A DNA stretch of 64,000 nt from an uncultured Acidimicrobiaceae bacterium (GTDB lineage Bacteria > Actinomycetota > Acidimicrobiia > Acidimicrobiales > RAAP-2). Below the pieces are notes generated by a model, which was not told the origin of the DNA, did not search any database, and saw only the letters and a list, made by a program, of their open reading frames with translations. Positions 45,943 through 55,371 of this stretch are shown here, piece by piece (within the stretch, counting starts at the first letter, position 1; the number at the start of each line of letters is the position of its first letter). Made by a program: the position numbers and the translations under genes. Location of the stretch: NCBI GenBank assembly GCA_963788585.1, contig CAWBHA010000006.1, positions 175,824 through 239,823 on the forward strand, in the 5' to 3' direction.

Positions 45943-46485
45943 ATGACGTTCACCCGTATGGACGAGTCGACCGCCGAGCAGTGGCAGCACATCGTCGTCG
46001 AGTCGATCGAGAACCAGCCCCGCGTGGCGGAGCGCGTGCTCGCCATGCTTGCCTCGCTCGAGGAGATCACCGACGGCTTCGAGGTGGACCAGCTGGTCCA
46101 CTCCCTGCAGACGGCGACACGGGCCGAGGAGGCGGGGGCCACCGACGAGGTCATCGTGGCGTCGCTCTGCCACGACATCGGCAAGGCCGTCTCGGTCATG
46201 AACCACCCGCACATCGCTGCGGAGATCCTGCGTCCCTATGTGGACGAGGACACTTACCACATGATCTGGGCCCACCAGGACTTCCAGGGCCGGCACTACT
46301 ACGAGTACCTGGGTCAGGACCCCAACGCGCGTGACAAGTACCAAGGCGCGCCGTGGTACGGCCTGGCCGAACTCTTCGCCGACGAATGGGACCAGACCAG
46401 CTTCGATCCCGACTACCCCACCAAGCCCCTCTCGCATTTCGAACCGCTGGTCCGCCAGGTCTTCGCGACACCCAGGACATTTTGA
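45943..46485 (+). CDS. HD-domain metal-dependent phosphohydrolase-like protein
   Basis: ATG 45943 within ORF 45787..46485: ..VHSLQTATRAEE..ASLCHDIGK.. Confidence 0.75.
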   Translation: MTFTRMDESTAEQWQHIVVESIENQPRVAERVLAMLASLEEITDGFEVDQLVHSLQTATRAEEAGATDEVIVASLCHDIGKAVSVMNHPHIAAEILRPYVDEDTYHMIWAHQDFQGRHYYEYLGQDPNARDKYQGAPWYGLAELFADEWDQTSFDPDYPTKPLSHFEPLVRQVFATPRTF

Positions 46486-47312
46486 GCCCTCGCCGCGGCG
46501 CGACGTCCGGCGCCGCCGTTCATACGGATCCCGAGCAGGCGCGCCGCGTCATCGCGGCGGCACGCCAGGAATTCGACGAGCGCTACCCAGACCTGAAGCT
46601 GGCGCCGGTCGTCGGCCTGATCTGCGCCTACGAGGAGGAGGCCAACATCGGCGCGGTGCTGGCCGCCATGCCGGCCGTGGCCTGTGGGCTCCCGGTCACG
46701 ACCCTCGTCGTGGTCGACGGAGGCACCGACAAGACCGACCAGGTGTCCAAGGACGCCGGCGCCGTGACCTACGTGCTGACCCAAAACCTCGGCCACGGCT
46801 ACGCGTTGCGGGTGGGCTACGCCCTGTGCGTCGAGCTCGGGGCGCAGTACGTCGTCACACTGGACGCCGACGGCCAGAACGACCCCGCCGAGATCCCGAC
46901 CATGCTGCAGCCGCTGGTCGACGACGAGGCGGACTTCGTGGTGGCCTCCAGGGTGCTCGGTCGCGACACGACCAGCGACCGGACCCGCAAGTTGGGCGTG
47001 CGGGTCTTCTCCTGGACCATGAGCCTCATGGGACACACCAAGCTCACCGACACCTCCAACGGCTACCGGGCGCTCCGGGTCTCCATGCTCGACGACGTGG
47101 CGTACCGTCTCGTGCAGCCGCAGTACCAGACGGCAGAGCTGCTCATCATCGCCATGAAACGGGGCTGGCGGATCACGGAGCGGCCCACGCTCTGGCTGCC
47201 ACGGGCTTCCGGGACGACGAAGAAGGGCAAGAACTGGCTCTTCGGGTTCCGCTACGGGCGGGTGGTGCTCGAGACGTGGTGGAAGGTCCGCAAGGAGCAC
47301 CCGCACACGTAG
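46482..47312 (+). CDS. family 2 glycosyltransferase
   Basis: Within ORF 46353..47312: ICAYEEEANIG, VVVDGGTDKT, TLDADGQNDP, ASRV. No ATG is present. TTG 46482 overlaps the upstream stop (TTGA). Start uncertain. Confidence 0.75.
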   Translation: MSPRRGATSGAAVHTDPEQARRVIAAARQEFDERYPDLKLAPVVGLICAYEEEANIGAVLAAMPAVACGLPVTTLVVVDGGTDKTDQVSKDAGAVTYVLTQNLGHGYALRVGYALCVELGAQYVVTLDADGQNDPAEIPTMLQPLVDDEADFVVASRVLGRDTTSDRTRKLGVRVFSWTMSLMGHTKLTDTSNGYRALRVSMLDDVAYRLVQPQYQTAELLIIAMKRGWRITERPTLWLPRASGTTKKGKNWLFGFRYGRVVLETWWKVRKEHPHT

Positions 47313-47320
47313 CCCGACTG

Positions 47321-47374
47321 TCGGCGCCCCTTCACTCGGCGCCCTTCACTCGGTGCCTTAACTCGGCGCCTCAG
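47321..47374. repeat. four imperfect tandem 12-15 bp repeats TCGGCGCCC(C)TTCAC
   Basis: TCGGCGCCCCTTCAC / TCGGCGCCCTTCAC / TCGGTGCCTTAAC / TCGGCGCCTCAG, directly after the GT2 stop. Followed by hairpin GCCGACA-CCTCTTC-TGTCGGC. Confidence 0.4.
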
Positions 47375-47459
47375 ATGGCCGACACCTCTTCTGTCGGCGC
47401 GGGGAGAAGAATGGCCAACAGCCACACTCCACCGTCTCGACCGAGAGGCACCGATAACC

Positions 47460-47672
47460 ATGCGATTCCACCGTGGCAACCAGAAGGGAACGGAGCTCTG
47501 GACCCCCGAGAAGCCCTCCGTGCACGTCCTGAGCGACGAGGAGGACCTGCGGGCGGCCTTGCGACGAGCGGCCGAGTTCGACCAGCGGACCGCCGACGCG
47601 CTGCTGACCCGCTCCGCGCACTACCGGGCCCTCCTGGATCAGGATCCCTCCGAGCCCGCACCAGCGGAGTAA
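47460..47672 (+). CDS. hypothetical small protein
   Basis: 70-aa ORF with balanced composition (MRFHRGNQKGTELWTPEKPSVHVLSDEEDLRAALRRAAEF..). No motif recognised. Confidence 0.35.
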   Translation: MRFHRGNQKGTELWTPEKPSVHVLSDEEDLRAALRRAAEFDQRTADALLTRSAHYRALLDQDPSEPAPAE

Positions 47673-47721
47673 GCCCGGCCCGAGGCGACCAGGGGCGACG
47701 GGGCTCGGCCCACGCGTGGCC

Positions 47722-48480
47722 TCAATACCGCCCGGTCCTCGCCCGAGCCTCGTCGTAGACGGCCTGCAGCTGCGGCACCAGCGCCTCGGTCGCGGCGTGC
47801 ACCGCCGAACGGGAGACGCGCCCACCGCCCGTCCGCGGTGGCGGTGGGATGGGAGGGCCGATCACCACCTGGATGGTCAGCGGCTTCGGGACCGAACTGC
47901 CCTTGGGCATGGCCAGATCGGACCCCCCGATGCCCACGGGCACGATGGGCGCGCCGGTCCGGGCGGAGAGGAAGGCCGCACCCTCCATCAGGTCTTCGAT
48001 TACCGGACCCTCCCGCCGCGAGCCTTCGGGGAACAGCACGAGCACCGAGCCCCGGCGCAGCACCTCCTCGGCCCGCTGGAGCGCCTCGCGGTCGGCCGAT
48101 TCCCGGTGGACGGGGAACGCACCGACCGAAAGAAGCAGCTTGCCGAGCCACTTGTTCTCCCACATCTCGTCCTTCGTCATGAAGAAGAGCTTGCGGTCAG
48201 TGCAGAACGCGGCGAAGCCGAAGTCGGCGAACGACCGGTGCACCGGCGCCAGGATCACGGGCCCGGTCTCTGGCACGTGCTCCCGGCCGCTGACCACGGG
48301 ACGGAACCACGCCCACAACGCCGTGACGAAGATCGTCCGCTCGACCCGATAGAGAGGCGTGTACCGGGGATCCACCTCGAAGACCTGGTGCCGGCCCGGC
48401 GCCGAGGTAGGAGCAGATGCGGGGGCGCCTGCCCCGCTCTCGTCGGACCCCGACGCAGGGCTCGATGCGTTCACAGCCAC
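47722..48480 (-). CDS. plsC: 1-acyl-sn-glycerol-3-phosphate acyltransferase
   Basis: APVHRSFADF (HxxxxD), FPEGSR, IVPVGIGG. Start overlaps the aroA-cmk stop. Confidence 0.8.
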   Translation of the reverse strand: MAVNASSPASGSDESGAGAPASAPTSAPGRHQVFEVDPRYTPLYRVERTIFVTALWAWFRPVVSGREHVPETGPVILAPVHRSFADFGFAAFCTDRKLFFMTKDEMWENKWLGKLLLSVGAFPVHRESADREALQRAEEVLRRGSVLVLFPEGSRREGPVIEDLMEGAAFLSARTGAPIVPVGIGGSDLAMPKGSSVPKPLTIQVVIGPPIPPPPRTGGGRVSRSAVHAATEALVPQLQAVYDEARARTGRY

Positions 48481-50387
48481 GACAGCACCTCCTCGACCAC
48501 ATCCTGCACCGTACGGCCGGTGGTATCGAGCCGACGGGCGTCAGTGGCCGCGCGGAGGGGCGACGCATCACGGGTCGAATCGATCCGGTCCCGGCGCGCC
48601 ACGGCCTCGGACGCCTCGTCGTGACGGCGGCGCGCCCGCTCCTCGGCCGACGCAGTGAGGTACACCTTCACCTCGGCCTGCGGGAAGACGACGGACCCGA
48701 TGTCGCGGCCCTCCACCACTCCCCCACCGTGCGCCTCGGCCCAGGCCCGTTGGCGCTTGACCAGTTGGCTGCGGACGTCGGGATTGGCCGCGACCAGTGA
48801 AACCGCCCGGCCCACCTCGGGCGAGCGGATGGTGGCGGTGACGTCGCGTCCGTCGATGGTCACTCGCTCCCCCACGTCGATGGTGGCCGCCTCGGCCAGG
48901 GCCGCCACCGCGGCCCGGTCGTCCGGAGCGGTGCCGAGCTCGAGGGCGAGGGCAGCGATGGCGCGGTACATCGCGCCCGTATCGAGACGGTCGACTCCGA
49001 GCCGATCCGCCACTGCGGTCGAGACCGTCGACTTGCCGGCGCCGGCAGGGCCGTCGATGGCGACCAACAGTGCCCGTGGCCCGAGATCGCCCTCGGTCAA
49101 CGCACGAAGATCGTCCAAGAAGCCGGGGTAGCTCGTCTCGACGGCACCGAATCCCGTGATCAGGCTCCGTTCCCCGTGGCGGGCGGCCAGCGCGGCCACC
49201 GCGGCGGCCATCGCCATCCGGTGGTCGCCCCGGCTGTCGAAACGGGCGGCCCGTAACGGGCCACCTGCGCCGATGACGGCGAGGGTGTCCCCTTCGACCC
49301 GCGCCTCGGCGCCGAAAGCCTCGACCATGGTGGCCACGGCGGCCAACCGGTCGACCTCCTTGACCCGCAGCTCGCTGACGTCCGTGAAGACCGTGGTGCC
49401 CTCGGCGACGGCGGCGGCCACGGCGAGCGCGGGCACCTCGTCGAGCGACGGGATCTCCGCCGCGGCCACCCTGGTGCCGTGCAGCGGGCCGGCGGAGGCC
49501 CGGACGGTGACCGTGCCCGGCTCGCCGTGAGCCAGGGTGACGGACGCCCCCATGCGCTCCAGCACCGAGACGTAGCCAAGTCGGGCGGGGCCGCTGTAGA
49601 CCCCGGGGACGTCGACGGCGCTGCCCGGCACGACACAGCCCGCCACGACGAAGAATGCGGATGCCGACGGGTCGCCCGGTACCGTTCGGTCGACGGGCCG
49701 CAACGCCGAGGCGCGCACCTTGACCACCCGTCCCTCGCCCCAGGGCTCGACCGTGATGTCCACGCCTGCGTCGGCCAGCATCTCCTCGGTATGGGTGCGG
49801 GTGGTCACGGCCTCGCGTACCGTCGTGGTGCCCGAGGCCGACAGTCCCGCCAACAAGATGGCCGACTTCACCTGCGCGCTGGCCACCTTGGACGTCCAGT
49901 CGATGCCGCGCAGCTCGCCGCCGCGCACGCGCAGTGGAGGCAGGCAGCGCTCCCCGCGTCCCGCGACGTGGGCGCCCATGAGATCGAGCGGCTCAGCCAC
50001 GCGATCCATCGGCCGCGCCGAGAGGGACGCATCGCCCGCCAGCTCGGTCTCCCAGGGGAAGCCCGCGACCAGCCCGGCGAGCAGGCGCATGGACGTGCCC
50101 GAGTTGCCACATTCGAGCGGCCCCTCAGGCCGGTGCAGCCGGGCCCGCCCGCCGTGGATGGCGATGCTCCCGTCCGCGAGATGCTCCACGCCCGCGCCCA
50201 TCGCCTCCACTGCGGCCAGCGTGGCCCCGACGTCGGCGCCGTCGGAGAGCCCGCGGATCACCGAGGTCCCCTCGGCGAGTGCGCCCAGGAGCACGGACCG
50301 ATGCGAGATCGACTTCTCACCCGGCGTGCGCACCGTGCCACGGCACGGGACGCCGCCGTCGACGACCAGGATCCGCGGCGCTGTCAC
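48471..50387 (-). CDS. aroA-cmk: bifunctional 3-phosphoshikimate 1-carboxyvinyltransferase / cytidylate kinase
   Basis: Single 638-aa ORF. N-terminal EPSP synthase (PGEKSISHRSVLLGALAEG, CGNSGTSMRLL, DHRMAMA). C-terminal Cmk (VAIDGPAGAGKSTV, GAMYRA, VVEGRDIGSVVFP). Confidence 0.85.
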   Translation of the reverse strand: MTAPRILVVDGGVPCRGTVRTPGEKSISHRSVLLGALAEGTSVIRGLSDGADVGATLAAVEAMGAGVEHLADGSIAIHGGRARLHRPEGPLECGNSGTSMRLLAGLVAGFPWETELAGDASLSARPMDRVAEPLDLMGAHVAGRGERCLPPLRVRGGELRGIDWTSKVASAQVKSAILLAGLSASGTTTVREAVTTRTHTEEMLADAGVDITVEPWGEGRVVKVRASALRPVDRTVPGDPSASAFFVVAGCVVPGSAVDVPGVYSGPARLGYVSVLERMGASVTLAHGEPGTVTVRASAGPLHGTRVAAAEIPSLDEVPALAVAAAVAEGTTVFTDVSELRVKEVDRLAAVATMVEAFGAEARVEGDTLAVIGAGGPLRAARFDSRGDHRMAMAAAVAALAARHGERSLITGFGAVETSYPGFLDDLRALTEGDLGPRALLVAIDGPAGAGKSTVSTAVADRLGVDRLDTGAMYRAIAALALELGTAPDDRAAVAALAEAATIDVGERVTIDGRDVTATIRSPEVGRAVSLVAANPDVRSQLVKRQRAWAEAHGGGVVEGRDIGSVVFPQAEVKVYLTASAEERARRRHDEASEAVARRDRIDSTRDASPLRAATDARRLDTTGRTVQDVVEEVLSWL

Positions 50388-51478
50388 GACAGGTCCTCGG
50401 CCACGCAGCGGTAGCCGCGCGCCTCCACGGCCGCGGTGAGGGTCTCCGCGTCGGCGCCATCGACCACGAGGATGAGCACGCCGCGGGGACCCTCGGCGGA
50501 GTGTGCGATCTCAATGTCGTAGATGCCGATGCCGGCATCGCCGGCCAGCGACGTGATCTCGGCCAGGACCCCGGCTCGGTCGGGCACGGGAATGCGCAGC
50601 TCGGCAAGGTGGTCGGGCCGGGCGACGCGAGCCGGAAGGCTGCGCCGGGCCGCGCTCGCCTCCTGCAGCGCGTCCAACAGGGCAGCGCGGTCCCGCGCGG
50701 CGACCCGGTCGCGCATGGCCTGCAAATCGGTCAGGAGGCCGTCGAGCGCCTCCACGATCGGTTGGGCGTTCTCCGCGCAGATGTCCGGCCAGATCCCCGG
50801 ATGACCCGCCGCCACCCGAGTCATGTCGCGGAAGCCGCCGGCGGCCAGCCGCAACAGCGCACCGTCCTCCTCCGCCCCGGCGCTCGCCGCGTTCATCAGC
50901 GTTGCCGCGACGAGGTGTGGCACATGGCTCACGACGGCGACCAGACGGTCGTGGTCCGCTGCCGAGAGCACGAGCATGTCGGCTCCCAGGCTCATGACCA
51001 CACCCTTGAGGCGGTCGAAGACGGCCAGGTCGGTGACGGCCGTCGGGGTGAGCACCCATACCGACCCCTCGAAGAGGTCCGGGTCGGCACCGCGCAGCCC
51101 GATCTGTTCCGAGCCGGCCATGGGGTGCCCGCCGATGAAGCGGGGATGGTCGGCCGCGGTGACGATGGCCGTCTTCACCCCGCAGACGTCGGTCACCACC
51201 GCATCGGCCCGCCGCGCGGGGTCGGCCAACAGGCGCCGTACCTCGCCGGCGACCGCCGACGCGGGGACGGCGACGAACACCACCTCGGCCTCGAGGTCGT
51301 CTCCGGTCGCATCGACCACCCCGTCGGCCAGGGCCTCTTGCAACCGATCCTCGTCGGCGTCGACGCCGGACACGTACCAGCCTCGCCGACGCAGCCCGAG
51401 AGCGATCGAGCCCCCGATGAGCCCGGTCCCCACCACGAGCGCCCGGCGGCGCGGTGCGCCCTCAGCCGGGGAGGTCAT
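50384..51478 (-). CDS. tyrA: prephenate dehydrogenase with C-terminal ACT domain
   Basis: VVGTGLIGGSIALGLRRRG, GGHPMAG, C-terminal ACT-like LRIPVPDRAGVLAEITSLAG. Confidence 0.85.
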   Translation of the reverse strand: MTSPAEGAPRRRALVVGTGLIGGSIALGLRRRGWYVSGVDADEDRLQEALADGVVDATGDDLEAEVVFVAVPASAVAGEVRRLLADPARRADAVVTDVCGVKTAIVTAADHPRFIGGHPMAGSEQIGLRGADPDLFEGSVWVLTPTAVTDLAVFDRLKGVVMSLGADMLVLSAADHDRLVAVVSHVPHLVAATLMNAASAGAEEDGALLRLAAGGFRDMTRVAAGHPGIWPDICAENAQPIVEALDGLLTDLQAMRDRVAARDRAALLDALQEASAARRSLPARVARPDHLAELRIPVPDRAGVLAEITSLAGDAGIGIYDIEIAHSAEGPRGVLILVVDGADAETLTAAVEARGYRCVAEDLS

Positions 51479-51836
51479 CGCGGAGCCCTTGGGCCCCGTG
51501 GAGATAGACGTGGAGGATCTCGTCGCGGGACCGAGTGGTGTGGACGTGGAGGAGCACCCGGATGCACTTGGGCATGGCGCCCGGCACGGGGATCTCGGCG
51601 GCGCACAGCAACGGCACGGTCCCGAAGCCGATCTCCCTTACTGCCGTCGCCGGGAACGTGCTGGTCACGTCCGCCGTGGCGGTGAACAGGACGCTGACGA
51701 TGTCCTCCTCGACCAGCTCGTTGCGGGCCATGATCTCGAGCATCAGCTCCTGGGACCGCGCCGTGACCTGGTCCACGGTGTCCTCGTCGACCGTTGTCGC
51801 CCCGCGCAGACCCCTGACCTTGAGAGCGGGTGCCAT
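51462..51836 (-). CDS. aroH: chorismate mutase, AroH class
   Basis: 124 aa: VRGLRGATTVDEDT..., SVLFTATADV..FPA, IRVLLHV. Confidence 0.85.
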   Translation of the reverse strand: MAPALKVRGLRGATTVDEDTVDQVTARSQELMLEIMARNELVEEDIVSVLFTATADVTSTFPATAVREIGFGTVPLLCAAEIPVPGAMPKCIRVLLHVHTTRSRDEILHVYLHGAQGLRDDLPG

Positions 51837-52119
51837 GGCGGGTCACTCTACCGGCAACGCCTCGGCATTCCGCGTCCGAGCCCGCCTCCGGCTCTCGGGC
51901 CGGCCTGCCCTCGTCTGCCCGTCTCTGCAGCCTCGTGGGAGCCCGTTTCGGGTCGTCTCCGCGGTCCTCCGGTCCGACTCGTCGCGGCGGTATACGTCTG
52001 CTCCTGAGAGTTGGTCGCCGCTGCATACCGCGCGCCGCTCGGCCGCGAATACAGCGCGAAGGAACCTCGCAGGGGCCGCGTACACACCCTGAACGCGGGG
52101 AGCGGTTCGTCCGGTTTCG

Positions 52120-52845
52120 TCAACCGTTCTTCCGGGGACCCACACCCTCCGGGCCGGCTCGCGGGCTCGCCGCCGCGGCCAAGGCTCGGACTTCGCCGGC
52201 CTCGAGGTGGCGCCAGCGCCCGGGTGGCAGGCTCGTGTCGCGCAGCGGGCCGATGCGCGTGCGAACGAGGCGCTCCACCGGGTGACCAACCGCCCCGCAC
52301 ATGCGGCGCACCTGGCGGTTGCGGCCCTCGTGAATCACCAGGCGCAGCACCCCTGGGGCGAGGACGCCCACCTCGGCCGGCGCCGTGCGTCCGTCGTCGA
52401 GGTCCACGCCCTCTCGCAGCGCTCGCAGGGCGCCCGGGCCGGGGGTGCCCCCCGCCACTTCGGCCACGTACTCCTTGGCCACCCCGTGGGACGGATGGGT
52501 CAGCAGCTGGGAGAGCGCACCGTCGTTGGTCAGGATCAAGAGGCCTTCAGTCGTGCGGTCCAACCGGCCGACCGCGAACACACGGGGTTCGGCCGGCACC
52601 AGCGACATGACGGTGGGTCGCCCCTGCGGATCGTCGGCCGTCGTGATCAGGCCGTCGGGCTTGTTCACCAGGTAGTAGACGAGGTCGGGTGCCACCGGCA
52701 CGAGTGCCCCGTCGAGCTCGACGCGCACCGTCGCCGGGTCGACGCGACGGCCGAGCGCGGCGACCTCGCCGTCGACGGTGACACGACCCGCTGCGATGAG
52801 CTCTTCGCAGGCCCGCCGGGAACCGATGCCGGCACGGGCGAGCAC
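52120..52845 (-). CDS. rluB: RsuA/RluB-family 23S rRNA pseudouridine synthase
   Basis: S4 domain LQKVLARAGIGSRRACEELIAAGRVTVDG and catalytic GRLDRTTEGLLILTNDG. No ATG lies between scpB and the S4 domain. GTG 52845 or an upstream CTG are possible, so the start is unresolved. Confidence 0.8.
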   Translation of the reverse strand: MLARAGIGSRRACEELIAAGRVTVDGEVAALGRRVDPATVRVELDGALVPVAPDLVYYLVNKPDGLITTADDPQGRPTVMSLVPAEPRVFAVGRLDRTTEGLLILTNDGALSQLLTHPSHGVAKEYVAEVAGGTPGPGALRALREGVDLDDGRTAPAEVGVLAPGVLRLVIHEGRNRQVRRMCGAVGHPVERLVRTRIGPLRDTSLPPGRWRHLEAGEVRALAAAASPRAGPEGVGPRKNG

Positions 52846-52873
52846 CTTCTGCAGGCGCTCACCCTCCGGCCCC

Positions 52874-53485
52874 TCAGGTGTCGTCGGACGCCGCCTCGAT
52901 GCCGAAGCCGAGAGCGGACTGGAGGTCCCGCTCGAAATCGCCCGCCACATCGGGCCCGGGCAGGAATTCCTCCACCGGTGGCAACTGGTCCAACGAGTCG
53001 AGCCCGAGGCGCTCGAGGAACAGGTCGGTCGTGGCGAAGAGCGCGGGCTGACCCGGACCGTCGGCATGGCCCACGACGGCGATGTAGCCCCGCTGCTCGA
53101 GCAGACGCGTCACCCCGTCGACGTTGACCCCCCGCAACGCCGAGATCTGACCGCGCGAGACGGGTTGACGGTAGGCGACGATGGCCAGTGTCTCGAGGGC
53201 CGCGGTCGACAGCCGGTGCGATACCTCGCGGTTGGCGAAACGCTCGACGTAGGGCGCCAGATCGGCGCGGGTCTGTAGCCGCGCTCCGCCAGCGATACGG
53301 GCGAGCATGAAGCCCCGGCCCTCACGGTCGTAGGACTGGGCCAGCTCGTCGAGCGCCTCCTCGACGCGTTCGACGGGCTCTTCGACCAGCTCGGCCAGGA
53401 GCCGAGGGGGTAGCGGCTCCACGGCGACCAACAGGATGGCCTCGATCGTCCTTTCCAGCTCGGCGCGCTCCACCGGGCTCACCAC
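52874..53485 (-). CDS. scpB: segregation and condensation protein B
   Basis: 203 aa: IEAILLVAVEPL.., IVAYRQPVSRGQISALRGVNVDGVTRLLEQRGYI. Confidence 0.85.
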   Translation of the reverse strand: MVSPVERAELERTIEAILLVAVEPLPPRLLAELVEEPVERVEEALDELAQSYDREGRGFMLARIAGGARLQTRADLAPYVERFANREVSHRLSTAALETLAIVAYRQPVSRGQISALRGVNVDGVTRLLEQRGYIAVVGHADGPGQPALFATTDLFLERLGLDSLDQLPPVEEFLPGPDVAGDFERDLQSALGFGIEAASDDT

Positions 53486-53486
53486 C

Positions 53487-54296
53487 TCACCCTTCGTAGT
53501 CGTCGATCTCGTACCCGCCGAGCTCGGCCAGCCCGCGGCCGGTGCTCACTCCAGCCAGCTCGTCGCCACCAAGCCAGTCGATGCGCAAGTCGCCGAAGGT
53601 CCGCCCCTGCCCGAGGGTAACCCGACCCATCTTGCACAGCTCGAGCAGGGCCAAGAAGCGCACGATCACGTCGATGCGCGTGTGGCATCCGGCCACCAGC
53701 GTCCGGAAGGAGGTGGCCCGCTCACGCTCGGGAACGGCGATCAGCTCGGCCACGGCCTCGGACACCGAGACGGTGTCGACGGTGACGTGTGAGAGGTCGA
53801 CCCTCGGCACGGGGCGCTCGGCGGACCCCCGCAGGTAGGCCTGCGCGAGGTCTGCCGGCGTGACGCCGGCGAGGAGATCGGGGGCGTGCACGGCGAAGTC
53901 GTCGTCCAGCCCGACTTCGCGCGGAACGCAGCGCGAGGCCTGCTCGGCCAGGGCGACGAAGACGTCCGCCGCGGCGGCGTACGCCCGGCACTCGAGCAGC
54001 CGCGACAGCAAGAGGTCGCGCTCCTCCCATCCCACGAGGTCCTCGTCCTCCTCCACGACCTCGGAGCCCGGCAACAGTTTCTGTGACTTCAACTCGATGA
54101 GGATCGAGGCCACGAGCAGGAACTCCGAGAGCAGGTTGAAGTCGATGTGGTCGCGCTGCTCGTTCAGGACGCTCACGAAGCCGTCGACGACCGGCAGGAG
54201 CGGGACGTCGAGGACGTCGACCTCGTGGGAGGACACGAGGTGGAGCAGCAGGTCGATCGGACCCTCGAAGACGGGCGTGGAGATCGCGTAGGCCAC
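53487..54296 (-). CDS. scpA: segregation and condensation protein A
   Basis: 269 aa: FEGPIDLLLHLVSSHEVDVLDVPL.., ..RFLALLELCKMGRV. Confidence 0.85.
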   Translation of the reverse strand: MAYAISTPVFEGPIDLLLHLVSSHEVDVLDVPLLPVVDGFVSVLNEQRDHIDFNLLSEFLLVASILIELKSQKLLPGSEVVEEDEDLVGWEERDLLLSRLLECRAYAAAADVFVALAEQASRCVPREVGLDDDFAVHAPDLLAGVTPADLAQAYLRGSAERPVPRVDLSHVTVDTVSVSEAVAELIAVPERERATSFRTLVAGCHTRIDVIVRFLALLELCKMGRVTLGQGRTFGDLRIDWLGGDELAGVSTGRGLAELGGYEIDDYEG

Positions 54297-54386
54297 CCGC
54301 CGACGTTACCGAACACCCGGGCACTGCCCGCGACACCCCGGCCGGCCTGCCCGGGAACATCCCGGTGCGCCCTACCATGGCGCCCC

Positions 54387-55370
54387 ATGAACAGGGTCCT
54401 CTCCGGCATCGCGCCATCGGGCAACTTCACCTTGGGGAACTACCTCGGGGCCCTGCGCCACTGGGTGTCGTTCCAGGACGCGCACGACGCGTTCTACTGC
54501 GTCGTGGACCTGCACGCACTCACCACCGACATCGACCCGGCGCAGCTGCGGGCCAACACGATCGACGCCGCCCTGAACCTGCTCTCCGTGGGCCTCGAGC
54601 CCGACCGCTGCACCCTGTTCGTCCAGAGCCAGGTGCCCGAGCACACCCGGCTCACCTGGCTGCTCGAGTGCACCGCCACGGTGGGAGAGCTCCGGCGGAT
54701 GACCCAGTTCAAGGACAAGGGCAGGGGCCAGGAGGCGGTGCGGGCGGGGCTCTTCACCTACCCCTGCCTCATGGCGGCCGACATCCTCCTCTACGGGGCC
54801 GACGCCGTCCCGGTCGGTGACGACCAGCGCCAGCACCTCGAGCTGGCACGCGAGGTGGCGGTGCGCTTCAACAACCGCTACGGCGAGACCTTTGTCGTCC
54901 CCGAAGCGGCCATCCCCGGCACGGGCGCACGCGTCATGGACCTCCAGCACCCCGAGCGGAAGATGTCAAAGTCCGTCGACTCCCCGCTCGGGACCATCGG
55001 GTTGCTCGACTCCGACGAGGACATCACGCGCAAGGTGCGCCGCGCCGTCACCGACACCGACGGCGAGATGCGATACGACCGCGCCGCCAAGCCAGGTCTG
55101 GCCAACCTGCTCGACCTCTTGGCCGCGGCGACCGGACGCACCCCCCAAGACGTGGCGCAGGGCTACACGCGCTACGGCGACCTCAAGGACGACGTGGCCG
55201 AGGCCCTGCGCGACCTGTTGCGGCCGGTGCGCGAACGACGTCTCGCGCTCGAGGGCGACCCTGCCTACGTCGACGCCGTGCTGGAGCGCGGTGCGGCACA
55301 GGCCCACGGGGTGGCGGTGGCGACCTACGCGCGCGCGGCCGATGCGATGGGCCTGCTGCCCGAGAGCTGA
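54387..55370 (+). CDS. trpS: tryptophan--tRNA ligase
   Basis: ATG 54387 within ORF 54147..55370: SGIAPSGNFTLGNYLGA (HIGH-type), GDDQRQHLEL, KMSKS. Confidence 0.9.
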   Translation: MNRVLSGIAPSGNFTLGNYLGALRHWVSFQDAHDAFYCVVDLHALTTDIDPAQLRANTIDAALNLLSVGLEPDRCTLFVQSQVPEHTRLTWLLECTATVGELRRMTQFKDKGRGQEAVRAGLFTYPCLMAADILLYGADAVPVGDDQRQHLELAREVAVRFNNRYGETFVVPEAAIPGTGARVMDLQHPERKMSKSVDSPLGTIGLLDSDEDITRKVRRAVTDTDGEMRYDRAAKPGLANLLDLLAAATGRTPQDVAQGYTRYGDLKDDVAEALRDLLRPVRERRLALEGDPAYVDAVLERGAAQAHGVAVATYARAADAMGLLPES

Positions 55371-55371
55371 C

